From the NCBI GenBank assembly GCA_044376575.1, contig JBILKR010000006.1, positions 24,211 through 88,210 of the forward strand: DNA of 64,000 nucleotides, in the 5' to 3' direction. Below, one piece after another: positions 8,087 to 19,913 of the stretch (position 1 is the stretch's first letter; each line of letters begins with the position of its first letter). This stretch comes from Flavobacteriales bacterium. GTDB taxonomy: Bacteria; Bacteroidota; Bacteroidia; CAIKAF01. The notes below the pieces were generated by a model that searched no databases, was not told the DNA's origin, and saw only the letters and a program-made list of their open reading frames with translations. The translations under genes and the position numbers were made by a program.

Positions 8087-10669
8087 TTATTGATACTCTG
8101 GATCTAATTCAGGCTCAGCCTCATATCCATCTTCATTTGTAGGCCCTGTAGGCGCATCAGCCGGACCATCTGTGGATACATTTTCTACAACTCTAGAGGA
8201 ATGTATATAACCTTCTACGCCATCTTCCATACGTACTTTTTTATATTCACCTTCAGTTCCAATCACCTGAAAGGTAGTACCTTCATAAACCTCTTTAATA
8301 ATTTCTCCATCTGGAGTTGCACGTAAATTAGAGTATCCATCCGGATCAGAAACAGTATACCATAAACCATCAGTTGTTTCTGCTGTTGTTTTTTCTGGTT
8401 CAGATGGTATTGAAAGATCTTTTCTTCGATTAACAAGAACATTTAATGAATCAACACTCTTCTTCAATTTAGGAATACGCTGAGCCCAAAATTCAGCATA
8501 GGTTTGAGTTGTGCCTTCAATTTTAAAATTACTGTTATGATTAATTTTTAAAAGCACTTCATCTATATTCATCATGCGTTCTAATGAAGATTCTTCCGCA
8601 TGATTCTCTTCCGTTTCAGATGACATATTGTTCATTCTCTTTTCTGATTCAAAAGCAACGAAACTTGTATTTTGAATAGTATCAGCAGCAGTCCAAGTTA
8701 TAAAATCAAGAATAAGTTTTTCATTAACCAAATTCTCTGCATGTAAATTATAAGCATCTTTTTTAGGTTTGAGATACATAAAATATACAACAGAAAATGC
8801 CAGCGATAATATCCAGATTAAAATAGAAAGGCTCACCTGCCATGTTGTAATAAACTGCTTAAACTTACCTTTATATCTTGCTAAGTTTTCATCAATTTTT
8901 GTACTGTATTCTTTAACCAATTGTACTTCTTCTCGCTCTTCCAGTTTATCTTCCAAAGACATTGCCTTTAATGCCCCAACAACCTCATCAGCTGTTTCAC
9001 GATTTGAAATCACGAAATCATCATCATTTAAAGCCGGAAGCTCCTTTGATGACATCAGTTTAAAGAGTTTAGCTTTTTCTGAAGCGGTATATTCTTTTAA
9101 GCCAGAAATTCGATTAGCTAATACTAATTTTTCTTCTTCTTCAATCATTCCATCGGCTTTGGCTATATAAATAAGCATTTTAATTTCATTATACTTATCT
9201 CTTTTCTGACGATAAGATTTTGTGATAAATGCTTCAGCCCATTTTGATTTATAAATTAACCATATATTTTTTAATGAAAAATGACTAACTGCAGTAGGAT
9301 TACTATGAAACATAACCTCATTTGCACTCGCTGGATCAACAAAAGAAACCTTATGCTGTGTACTTGTAAGAATATGGAGATACCCCAAAGTCTTCGCCGG
9401 GATAACATCATAATATACCGACTCTAAAAAAAGCTTAGGATAATCATCTTTACTTAAACCAGATGCCTCTTCAATTTTTCTGCAAACATCTCTTGTAAAA
9501 TCATCGTAATTGTTAGAGATTGATCCATTATTATCAATATAAGTTTCAGTTAATACTAATCCATCTTTATCTAAATACTTAAACCCTGATTCAGGCGTAT
9601 TATCAAGTGTTGGAATGATTTCGTTTTGATACATGTAATATTCTGCATCTATATCCTGAGGCTCCAATTCAACATAAACCATTTCACCTAGTTTACCATG
9701 CCCCTTACAATTTTTACAAGTAATCACACCGCTACCTTCACAAAAATCTGTACCCGATACAGAGTCATATAATTTACCTACACCATACTTTGAATTATAC
9801 TTTTTGCTGCATGGACATTTCCCATTTCCACCAAATGAACTACAAGTTGGGCAATCCACCTTGCCTTTATTACAATGAATACATCCCTTGCCGTCGCAAT
9901 CATAATGATCTATTTTTCCATTTTTACAAGCAAAATGTACATTACCTCCCGGACCTCCATTTTTATTAGGAAATACTTTACCCGGACATTTAATTTGACC
10001 AGTTCCACTACATGTAGTACACTCTGATTTTCCTTGACCATGACAAGGATTACAATCTTTAGAAGAAGTTAGGTCTGGAATAAAATACAAAGGCTGATTT
10101 TCACTTGGCGATGTTCCATTAAATCGAACATCCATCGCTGAAAAATAATTACTTTTTAATGATGAATACTCAGATGAACCCGAAGAGGATGATTCAAATA
10201 AACTTGCAAACTTTGATTTGGATCCGATATTTTCACCAAAAACAAACGGAGCTCCATTTTTAGATGCCCATTTTTGGAAGCTTTCCTTTAAATAAGACAT
10301 CCCTTCTATCTTGTCTGCAATACCCGGAGATGATGGAGCAGAAATATTATCAGATGAAATATTTGTTTCTGAACGTTCAATTTTTGAAATAAAAGAGGGA
10401 TCCACCTCAGCAGCCCTTCCACTTCTTCCATCATAATTAGTGCCAAACTCATAAGAAACATTATCATCTAGTATAAACTTTACTCTTTTCGGTTTATAGC
10501 TTACAAATCTTGCGTGATATCTAATGTAAAAAACATGATTATTATCTGCATCTGCATCTACAATCATCTGATCATATTTTTCCTGAAAGCCACTTTTTAA
10601 CTGGTCAACCAATTTATTTTTATCAATCTGGTTCGCAGATGATATTTTTTTCTCAACAGATTGTTTCAT
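8087..10669 (-). CDS. Large multi-domain membrane protein of unknown function. Domain order: unknown N-terminal region, DnaJ-type CxxCxGxG zinc-finger repeats, TerB-like domain, single TM helix, SH3-like domain, acidic tail.
   Basis: Cys-rich block CNPCHGQGKSECTTCSGTGQIKC...CIHCNKGKVDCPTCSSFGGNGKC...CEGSGVITCKNCKGHGKLG at about aa 205-330. TerB-like signature IYIAKADGMIEEEEKLVLANRISGL at about aa 500-580. TM segment WQVSLSILIWILSLAFSVVYFMYL. SH3b-like segment WYTVSDPDGYSNLRATPDGEIIKEVYEGTTFQVIG. No HPD J-domain motif is present. Confidence 0.55.
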   Translation of the reverse strand: MKQSVEKKISSANQIDKNKLVDQLKSGFQEKYDQMIVDADADNNHVFYIRYHARFVSYKPKRVKFILDDNVSYEFGTNYDGRSGRAAEVDPSFISKIERSETNISSDNISAPSSPGIADKIEGMSYLKESFQKWASKNGAPFVFGENIGSKSKFASLFESSSSGSSEYSSLKSNYFSAMDVRFNGTSPSENQPLYFIPDLTSSKDCNPCHGQGKSECTTCSGTGQIKCPGKVFPNKNGGPGGNVHFACKNGKIDHYDCDGKGCIHCNKGKVDCPTCSSFGGNGKCPCSKKYNSKYGVGKLYDSVSGTDFCEGSGVITCKNCKGHGKLGEMVYVELEPQDIDAEYYMYQNEIIPTLDNTPESGFKYLDKDGLVLTETYIDNNGSISNNYDDFTRDVCRKIEEASGLSKDDYPKLFLESVYYDVIPAKTLGYLHILTSTQHKVSFVDPASANEVMFHSNPTAVSHFSLKNIWLIYKSKWAEAFITKSYRQKRDKYNEIKMLIYIAKADGMIEEEEKLVLANRISGLKEYTASEKAKLFKLMSSKELPALNDDDFVISNRETADEVVGALKAMSLEDKLEEREEVQLVKEYSTKIDENLARYKGKFKQFITTWQVSLSILIWILSLAFSVVYFMYLKPKKDAYNLHAENLVNEKLILDFITWTAADTIQNTSFVAFESEKRMNNMSSETEENHAEESSLERMMNIDEVLLKINHNSNFKIEGTTQTYAEFWAQRIPKLKKSVDSLNVLVNRRKDLSIPSEPEKTTAETTDGLWYTVSDPDGYSNLRATPDGEIIKEVYEGTTFQVIGTEGEYKKVRMEDGVEGYIHSSRVVENVSTDGPADAPTGPTNEDGYEAEPELDPEYQ

Positions 10670-10726
10670 AGAGGTTTTTTTGTGTTACATATTAGTTGGC
10701 TAAATTAGTAAAAATTCTAAATTTTG

Positions 10727-10756
10727 TTAAAAATAAAAAAGGGGGCATAGCCCCCT
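10727..10756 (-). terminator. Rho-independent terminator of the minus-strand sdh operon.
   Basis: Hairpin GGGGGC-ATA-GCCCCC, followed on the minus strand by TTTTTTATTTTT. Confidence 0.7.
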
Positions 10757-10783
10757 CAATATAGAATTGCAAATATTAATTAT

Positions 10784-11572
10784 TTACATCGCTCCTGAAC
10801 TTTCTTTTCTTTCTTTTTTATTCAGACTTGCTTTCATATAATCTCTGTTCATGCGCGCGATATTTTCAAGCGAGATACCTTTTGGACATTCAACTTCACA
10901 AGCACCCGTATTGCTACAATTACCAAATCCTTCCTTATCCATTTGATCTACCATGTTCAATACCCTTTCAAATCTTTCTGGCTGGCCCTGTGGTAACAAC
11001 GCAAGCTGAGAAACCTTTGCAGACACAAATAACATAGCCGAACTGTTTTTACATGTAGCTACACAAGCTCCGCAACCAATACATGCAGCAGCCTCGAAGG
11101 CTTCATCTGCATCAGGTTTGGGGATTGGAATATTATTAGCATCTTTTGCACTTCCTGTATTAACAGAAACAAAACCACCTTTTGCAATGATACGGTCAAA
11201 TGCAGAACGATCCACCGATAAATCCTTGATTACCGGGAAAGCCTGTGCTCTCCATGGCTCAACCACAATGGTATCTCCGTCTTTAAATGATCGCATGTGC
11301 AACTGACAGGTTGTAATTCCTGTCTTGGGACCATGTGCGCGGCCATTGATGTACATGCTGCACATTCCGCAAATTCCTTCACGGCAATCGTGGTCAAATA
11401 CGATGGGTTCTTCTCCTTTATTGATGAGCTGCTCATTCAATACATCAAACATTTCAAGGAATGACATATCTGGAGAAATGTCGCTCACCTGATACGTTAC
11501 CAGTTTTCCTTCGGTTTTTGCATTTTTCTGACGCCAAACTTTCAGCGTAAGATTCATATTTCCTGTACTCAT
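10784..11572 (-). CDS. sdhB: Succinate dehydrogenase/fumarate reductase iron-sulfur subunit.
   Basis: 2Fe-2S motif CREGICGMC and ferredoxin-type Cys clusters CIGCGAC and CxxxxxCP. Length 262 aa. Confidence 0.9.
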   Translation of the reverse strand: MSTGNMNLTLKVWRQKNAKTEGKLVTYQVSDISPDMSFLEMFDVLNEQLINKGEEPIVFDHDCREGICGMCSMYINGRAHGPKTGITTCQLHMRSFKDGDTIVVEPWRAQAFPVIKDLSVDRSAFDRIIAKGGFVSVNTGSAKDANNIPIPKPDADEAFEAAACIGCGACVATCKNSSAMLFVSAKVSQLALLPQGQPERFERVLNMVDQMDKEGFGNCSNTGACEVECPKGISLENIARMNRDYMKASLNKKERKESSGAM

Positions 11573-11602
11573 ATTTCTTTATTTTGAGTTTGAAAAATTC
11601 AA

Positions 11603-13648
11603 TTATTTATATGATCGTTGAGCGATTTTAATGGCTTCGAATTTCAGTTCTTCTTTGTGCAGTTTTGGGTCTTCTCCAGTCCATTCCCAAGCGGCAACAT
11701 AAGCAAAATTATCATCGTCGCGAAGCGCTTCTCCTTCCTCGGTTTGGTACTCTTCACGGAAGTGACCACCGCATGATTCATTCCTGTTCAAGGCATCAAT
11801 ACACATGAGTTCTCCGAGTTCAATAAAGTCAGCTACACGACCTGCTTTTTCCAATTCCTGATTCATCTCATCTGCTGATCCTGGTACTCGAACATTACTC
11901 CAGAATTCTTCACGAATTTTTCTTATCTCATCAATGGCATATTTCAAACCTTTTTCATTTCGAGCCATTCCGCAATAATCCCAAATGATTTTACCCAAAC
12001 GTTTATGGAAGTAATCCACTGATTTTGTTCCCTTGATATTTAATAATGTATTGATCTGATCATTAACTTTTTTCTCCGCTTCAGCAAACGCAGGGTGATT
12101 CGTTTTTAACTTATCGATAGCATCCTGTTTATCTTTTTCAGCACTCATTCGGCTCACTTCCGTACTTAAATATGATCCAATTGTATAAGGAATAACAAAA
12201 TAACCATCTGCCAACCCCTGCATCAATGCAGACGCACCCAGCCTGTTGGCACCATGATCACTGAAGTTGGCTTCACCCAATGCATACAAACCTGGAATTG
12301 TTGTCATCAAATTATAATCTACCCACAATCCACCCATGGTGTAGTGTACCGCAGGATAAATCTGCATGGGTTCTTCATACGGATCAACACCTGTGATTTG
12401 CATATACATATCAAACAGGTTCCCGTATTTTTCTTTCACTACTTCTTTCCCGAATGCTTTTAGATCAGCATCTGTTGGATTGGCAACGCCTCTTTTTGTA
12501 GCTTCAGCCCTTCCGTATTTTTCTTTCATGTTGTACATGAAATCAAGAAATACTGCCTGACCTGTGGCATTTACTCCAAATCCAGCATCGCATCGTTCTT
12601 TAGCCGCTCTGGAAGCAACATCACGGGGTACTAAATTTCCAAAGGCAGGATATCTTCTTTCCAAGTAATAATCTCTGTCTTCTTCTGCAATTTCACTGGC
12701 TTTTTTCTTTCCGGCGCGAAGCATTTCCGCATCTTCTTTTTTCTTAGGCACCCAGATGCGTCCATCATTTCTTAAGGACTCAGACATCAAGGTTAATTTT
12801 GACTGATGATCTCCTGAAACCGGAATACAGGTCGGGTGAATCTGCGTATAACATGGATTACTAAAAAAGGCTCCTTTCTTATGTGCTTTCCATGCTGCAG
12901 TAACATTGCTTCCCATGGCATTGGTAGAAAGGAAGAATACATTACCGTAACCTCCGGTGCATAACAATACAGCATGTCCAAAATGACGTTCCAATTCTCC
13001 TGTTACCAGGTTTCTGGCAATGATTCCTCTTGCCTTTCCGTCGATAGTCACGACATCAAGCATTTCGTGACGTGCATACATTTTTACATTTCCCAATCCG
13101 ATTTGTCTTTCCAATGCGCTGTATGCACCTAATAATAATTGCTGGCCCGTTTGTCCTGCTGCATAAAATGTACGTTGTACCTGCGTTCCTCCAAATGAAC
13201 GGTTGCTTAATAATCCACCATATTCACGTGCTAACGGCACTCCTTGTGCTACGCACTGATCAATGATATTTCCGCTGACTTCAGCCAAACGGTGAACATT
13301 GGCTTCGCGTGCGCGATAGTCGCCACCTTTAATTGTATCATAAAACAAACGGTAAATACTATCACCGTCGTTCTGATAATTCTTAGCCGCGTTGATACCT
13401 CCCTGGGCCGCGATAGAATGCGCTCTTCTGGGTGAATCCTGAAAACAAAATACTTTTACTTTATATCCCATCTCTGCCAGTGTGGAAGCGGCTGAAGATC
13501 CGGCAAGTCCGGAACCCACAACAATCACCTCCATATTTCTTTTATTGGCAGGATTAACGAGAGGAACGGTAGAACGGTACTTGGTCCATTTCTGATCGAG
13601 TGTACCTTCTGGTATTTTTGAATCTAACTTACTCATAACAGTATTCAA
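11603..13648 (-). CDS. sdhA: Succinate dehydrogenase/fumarate reductase flavoprotein subunit.
   Basis: FAD-binding motif [14 protein letters not shown] and the covalent-FAD histidine context [14 protein letters not shown]. Length 681 aa. Confidence 0.9.
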   Translation of the reverse strand: MNTVMSKLDSKIPEGTLDQKWTKYRSTVPLVNPANKRNMEVIVVGSGLAGSSAASTLAEMGYKVKVFCFQDSPRRAHSIAAQGGINAAKNYQNDGDSIYRLFYDTIKGGDYRAREANVHRLAEVSGNIIDQCVAQGVPLAREYGGLLSNRSFGGTQVQRTFYAAGQTGQQLLLGAYSALERQIGLGNVKMYARHEMLDVVTIDGKARGIIARNLVTGELERHFGHAVLLCTGGYGNVFFLSTNAMGSNVTAAWKAHKKGAFFSNPCYTQIHPTCIPVSGDHQSKLTLMSESLRNDGRIWVPKKKEDAEMLRAGKKKASEIAEEDRDYYLERRYPAFGNLVPRDVASRAAKERCDAGFGVNATGQAVFLDFMYNMKEKYGRAEATKRGVANPTDADLKAFGKEVVKEKYGNLFDMYMQITGVDPYEEPMQIYPAVHYTMGGLWVDYNLMTTIPGLYALGEANFSDHGANRLGASALMQGLADGYFVIPYTIGSYLSTEVSRMSAEKDKQDAIDKLKTNHPAFAEAEKKVNDQINTLLNIKGTKSVDYFHKRLGKIIWDYCGMARNEKGLKYAIDEIRKIREEFWSNVRVPGSADEMNQELEKAGRVADFIELGELMCIDALNRNESCGGHFREEYQTEEGEALRDDDNFAYVAAWEWTGEDPKLHKEELKFEAIKIAQRSYK

Positions 13649-13653
13649 TTAAA

Positions 13654-14322
13654 TTAATGAGTGAAAAAATGATAGAGTGCAATTAAGGCGAAACCTACAG
13701 GAATAGCAACCGCATATAGGGTTCCTACTTTCTGTATGGTTGGATAATATTTAGGATGACGTGCTCCAACCGATTGGAATGCCGATTGGAATCCGTGCAA
13801 CAAGTGCAATGATAAAAACAGGAATGACAATACATATAATGCTACTCTGACAGGGTCTGTGAACTTGTGCACTAACTCTTCGTAATAGCGATATCCATTA
13901 CCATCATGAAGCAAACCGGAAGTATCTCCCTGGATATACTTAATGTTAATTTCTGGAATCCAGAAATCATAAAAGTGCAGTGCTAAAAACAACAACACCA
14001 TTAAACCGGAAACAATCATGTTGCGGCTCATCCATGAAGAGTTTGCAGCTGGATTAAAGGCAGCATATTTCACCGGTCTGGATTGTCTGTTTTTTAATTC
14101 TAAAATAAAACCCATAATGAAGTGAAACATCACTCCGGCCATCAATACCGGCTGAAGTAAAAACTGCACCATCGGATTTGTTCCCATAAAATGAGAAACT
14201 TCATTAAATGCATCTTTACTGATCACAGATAAAAAGTTAATGCTGAAGTGTTGAGCTAAAAATACAATTAGGAATAATCCCGAAATGGCCATCCAGTATT
14301 TTCTGGCTAATGATGAATTCAT
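13654..14322 (-). CDS. sdhC: Succinate dehydrogenase/fumarate reductase cytochrome b subunit (single membrane-anchor type, as in Bacteroides and Wolinella).
   Basis: 222-aa polytopic membrane protein with conserved His residues, located immediately upstream of sdhA on the same strand. Confidence 0.75.
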   Translation of the reverse strand: MNSSLARKYWMAISGLFLIVFLAQHFSINFLSVISKDAFNEVSHFMGTNPMVQFLLQPVLMAGVMFHFIMGFILELKNRQSRPVKYAAFNPAANSSWMSRNMIVSGLMVLLFLALHFYDFWIPEINIKYIQGDTSGLLHDGNGYRYYEELVHKFTDPVRVALYVLSFLFLSLHLLHGFQSAFQSVGARHPKYYPTIQKVGTLYAVAIPVGFALIALYHFFTH

Positions 14323-14512
14323 AGATGATACTGTTTATTTAGTTTGCAAATTTAATAATTCAACGTAGTTAAAGAAGTAAATTTTCATTTAGAATTATTC
14401 TATAATGTAAATTTTACTTTCACTTTTCTATTTCAGTATTTCTAACAAATAAATTGGAGGGATTGTTTTAAGAATGTACTTTCGTAATTGTAAAAAAAGA
14501 AAATCAATAAAT

Positions 14513-15802
14513 ATGAGATATAATCCGGCTCCGTCAGAATTATACATAACCAACCGAAGAACACTGGCACAGCAGATTCAAGGCAAAGGCATGGTAGTGA
14601 TTGACAGTAATGACATTATGCCCACCAATGCTGATGGGAGTATGGGTTTTCGTCAAAACAATGATCTCTTGTTCCTTTGCGGAATTGATCAGGAAGAAAC
14701 AATACTTGTATTATTTCCCGAATGCCACGATGTTAAACACCGGGAAATTCTTTTTATCCGCGAAACAAATGAAACCATTGCCATTTGGGAAGGTGCAAAA
14801 CTAACCAAAACCGAAGCCTCCGCGCTTAGTGGTATTCAAACGGTATACTGGATTCATGAATTCAAGACCATCATGAAAACGCTGATGTCTGAAGCGGAAG
14901 AAGTTTATGTATCTACTAACGAACATACGAGAAGAGAAAATCCGGTAGAAACCCGAAATCAAAGATTACTTCGACAGCTTAGAACTGACTATCCAGTTCA
15001 TGAATACAAAAGACTTTCACCATACATTCAGCGCTTGCGAAGTGTGAAGCATCCACTGGAAGTAGCACAGATTCAGGAAGCCTGCAACATTACTGAAAAA
15101 GGATTCAGAAGGTTACTGGGATTTGTTAAGCCTGGAGTGATGGAATATGAAATTGAAGCCGAACTGATGCATGAATTTTTGCGTAACCGTTCACGTGGCT
15201 TTGCCTATGGACCCATCATCGCTTCGGGGTTCAGTTCTTGTGTTTTGCATTACGTTGAAAACAATAAAGCATGTAAAGACGGAGATATTTTATTACTCGA
15301 CGTAGCAGCAGAATACGGAAATTATGCGAGCGATCTAACGCGCGCCATTCCAGTAAACGGGAAATTTTCAAAACGACAAAAAGATGTTTACAATGCTGTT
15401 CTTCGTGTTCAGAAGCAAGCTATTCAAATGTTACATCCTGGCAATACCCTGAAAAAAATAAATGAAGAAGTGGGATTACTGATTGAAAAAGAGCTAGTAG
15501 ATCTGGGATTAATCAGCTTGAACGATATTAAAAATCAGGATCCGGTATGGCCTGCATACAAAAAATATTTTATGCATGGTACTTCACATTTTCTTGGGCT
15601 AGATGTGCATGATGTAGGCTACTTCCATGAGCCGATTCAGGCAGGCATGGTGTTTACCTGTGAGCCTGGAATTTATATTCGTGAAGAGAGTTTAGGGATA
15701 CGTATAGAAAATGATATTCTTGTATCCGAAAACGGACCGATTGATCTGATGAAAAATATTCCGATTGAAGCAGAAGAAATAGAAGACCTAATGAATCGCT
15801 AA
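14513..15802 (+). CDS. pepP: Xaa-Pro aminopeptidase (M24B family).
   Basis: Pita-bread fold metal ligands (HGTSHFLGLDVHD, ENDILVSENG) and an N-terminal creatinase-like domain. The ORF opens at 14474, but MRYNPAP at 14513 is the more plausible start. Confidence 0.8.
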   Translation: MRYNPAPSELYITNRRTLAQQIQGKGMVVIDSNDIMPTNADGSMGFRQNNDLLFLCGIDQEETILVLFPECHDVKHREILFIRETNETIAIWEGAKLTKTEASALSGIQTVYWIHEFKTIMKTLMSEAEEVYVSTNEHTRRENPVETRNQRLLRQLRTDYPVHEYKRLSPYIQRLRSVKHPLEVAQIQEACNITEKGFRRLLGFVKPGVMEYEIEAELMHEFLRNRSRGFAYGPIIASGFSSCVLHYVENNKACKDGDILLLDVAAEYGNYASDLTRAIPVNGKFSKRQKDVYNAVLRVQKQAIQMLHPGNTLKKINEEVGLLIEKELVDLGLISLNDIKNQDPVWPAYKKYFMHGTSHFLGLDVHDVGYFHEPIQAGMVFTCEPGIYIREESLGIRIENDILVSENGPIDLMKNIPIEAEEIEDLMNR

Positions 15803-15804
15803 AA

Positions 15805-17843
<2,039 letters not shown>

Positions 17844-17899
17844 AACTGAAATCAGCTTTTTCTTTTTTTTAAAATAGAAAAATATTACTAAAAGTCCCC

Positions 17900-19858
17900 G
17901 TGATTAAGAAAGAAAGTATTGAACGAGTTCGCGAGACTGCCCGCATCGAAGATGTGGTTGGGGATTACGTTTCATTAAAAAAAAGAGGTGCTAATATGCT
18001 AGGACTATGTCCTTTTCATAACGAAAAAACACCCTCTTTTACAGTATCACCGGCGAAGGGAATTTATAAATGTTTTGGATGCAGTGCTTCAGGAGATTCG
18101 CTGAAATTTATCATGGAACTTGAGCATTTCTCTTATCCTGACGCCATTAAATACCTGGCAAAAAAATATAATATTGAACTAGAAGAAACCGAAATTACAC
18201 CGGAGTATCGTCATGAGCTGGATGTAAAAGAAAGTTTATTTGCAGTTAATCAATTTGCAGAACAACATTTTATTCATAACCTGTGGGAAGATGAAAAAGG
18301 ACAGGCCATCGGATTAAGTTATTTTATTGAACGAGGATTTACTGACGCTACAATAAAAAAATTCAGGCTGGGATATGCACAGGATGAATGGACTCACTTC
18401 ACCACAGCAGCACAACAGGAAGGATATAAAATTGAATATCTCAAAGCAGTTGGTCTTACCTCTTCCGGTGAAAAAAATGTTGATGTATATCGCGGCCGGG
18501 TAATGTTTCCTATACATAACATTTCAGGACGTGTGCTTGGATTTGGCGGAAGAATTTTAAAACAGGACAAAAACTCGCCCAAATACATCAATTCTCCGGA
18601 GTCTGATATTTACAATAAGAGTAATGTTCTATATGGTTTATATTTTGCAAAAAATACGATTGTAAAACAAGACAATTGTTTTTTAGTAGAAGGCTACACC
18701 GATGTAATTGCATTGCATCAGGCAGGAATTGAAAATGTGGTTGCTTCATCCGGAACATCATTAACTGAAGGACAGATTCAACTCATCAAAAGATACACCC
18801 CAAACATTACCATTTTATATGATGGAGATGCCGCAGGAATAAAAGCATCTTTTCGTGGAATCAATATGATATTATCTTCAGGAATGAATGTGAGTGTTGT
18901 ATTATTTCCTGATGGCGAAGATCCTGATTCATATTCGCGAAAAGTATCGCTAGAAGAACTGACAACTTTTTTAAGTAATAAAGCGCAGAATTTTATTCGC
19001 TTTAAAACAGATATCCTGATGAAAGATGCAGGAAGTGATCCATTAAAAAAAGCTGCGGTTATCCGTGATATGGTAGAGAGCATTGCATTGATACCAGATG
19101 GGATAAAAAGAAGTTTATTTGTTCAGGAGTGCAGCTCTATCATGAAAATAGAAGAGCAGGTATTGTTGAATGAATTAAACAAAATCCGCAGACAGCAAAC
19201 CAAAGAAAAATTCAAAAAAGAAGGATACAATCCTAATGATTTAGATGTAATTCCAATCGAGACAGTTCAGGCAGAACAAGCCAGAACTACAGAACAAAAG
19301 CATGAAGCGCAGGAGCGGGAGATTATTCGAATACTATTGAATTACGCTCAAGATGAAATGTTGCATGAAGAAAAAAATGATGATGGAGAGGTCATTACCT
19401 TTAAAGAAAAAATTGGACCATACATCATTGAAGATTTAACCAATGATGAGATGCTTCCTGAAATTCCTTTGTATGCTTCCATATTTAAAGAGATAGAAAA
19501 AATTATGACAGAACCGGATATGAATATTCAACAATATTTTATTCAGCACACTGATGATTCTATCCGTTCCATGGCCATTGAATTGATGACAGATAAACAC
19601 TCCCTGAGTAAAAACTGGATAGAGAAATATGGAATTGTAACACAAAACGAAACAGAATTTTTACATCATCTGGTAATTGAAGCTATTCATCAATTAAAGT
19701 TGCGCAAACTGAATGACCTTATTGAATCAGAGAGAAAAAAACTCAATGCAATTGAAAACGAAGAAGAACTCAACCAAACCATAACCTTTATTCTTCATTT
19801 GGAAACGATTAAGAAAACACTATTTGAAAAGCTGAGTACCGTTATTTTTCCCAATTAA
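17900..19858 (+). CDS. dnaG: DNA primase.
   Basis: Zinc-binding motif CPFHNEKTPSFTV...YKCFGC and a Toprim region (LVEGYTDVIA...YDGDAAG). Length 652 aa. Confidence 0.9.
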   Translation: MIKKESIERVRETARIEDVVGDYVSLKKRGANMLGLCPFHNEKTPSFTVSPAKGIYKCFGCSASGDSLKFIMELEHFSYPDAIKYLAKKYNIELEETEITPEYRHELDVKESLFAVNQFAEQHFIHNLWEDEKGQAIGLSYFIERGFTDATIKKFRLGYAQDEWTHFTTAAQQEGYKIEYLKAVGLTSSGEKNVDVYRGRVMFPIHNISGRVLGFGGRILKQDKNSPKYINSPESDIYNKSNVLYGLYFAKNTIVKQDNCFLVEGYTDVIALHQAGIENVVASSGTSLTEGQIQLIKRYTPNITILYDGDAAGIKASFRGINMILSSGMNVSVVLFPDGEDPDSYSRKVSLEELTTFLSNKAQNFIRFKTDILMKDAGSDPLKKAAVIRDMVESIALIPDGIKRSLFVQECSSIMKIEEQVLLNELNKIRRQQTKEKFKKEGYNPNDLDVIPIETVQAEQARTTEQKHEAQEREIIRILLNYAQDEMLHEEKNDDGEVITFKEKIGPYIIEDLTNDEMLPEIPLYASIFKEIEKIMTEPDMNIQQYFIQHTDDSIRSMAIELMTDKHSLSKNWIEKYGIVTQNETEFLHHLVIEAIHQLKLRKLNDLIESERKKLNAIENEEELNQTITFILHLETIKKTLFEKLSTVIFPN

Positions 19859-19913
19859 TCGAACTATTTTTTTTACAATATGACAATGATTGCATATATT
19901 TGATTATCAAGTT

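Noticed and set aside
8769-9170. 133-aa plus-strand ORF inside the 860-aa gene, along with many similar 60-140-aa ORFs listed in the track that lie antisense to or inside large genes (for example 1096..1320, 12254..12463, 37680..37898 and 61264..61698).
   Set aside because: They are fully embedded in longer ORFs with clear domain content. Their sequences are low-complexity or mirror images of the coding strand. They are spurious products of six-frame translation.
14474-14512. N-terminal 13 codons of the pepP ORF (MYFRNCKKRKSIN).
   Set aside because: A Lys/Arg-rich extension is unlikely. The homologous start MRYNPAP at 14513 was used instead.
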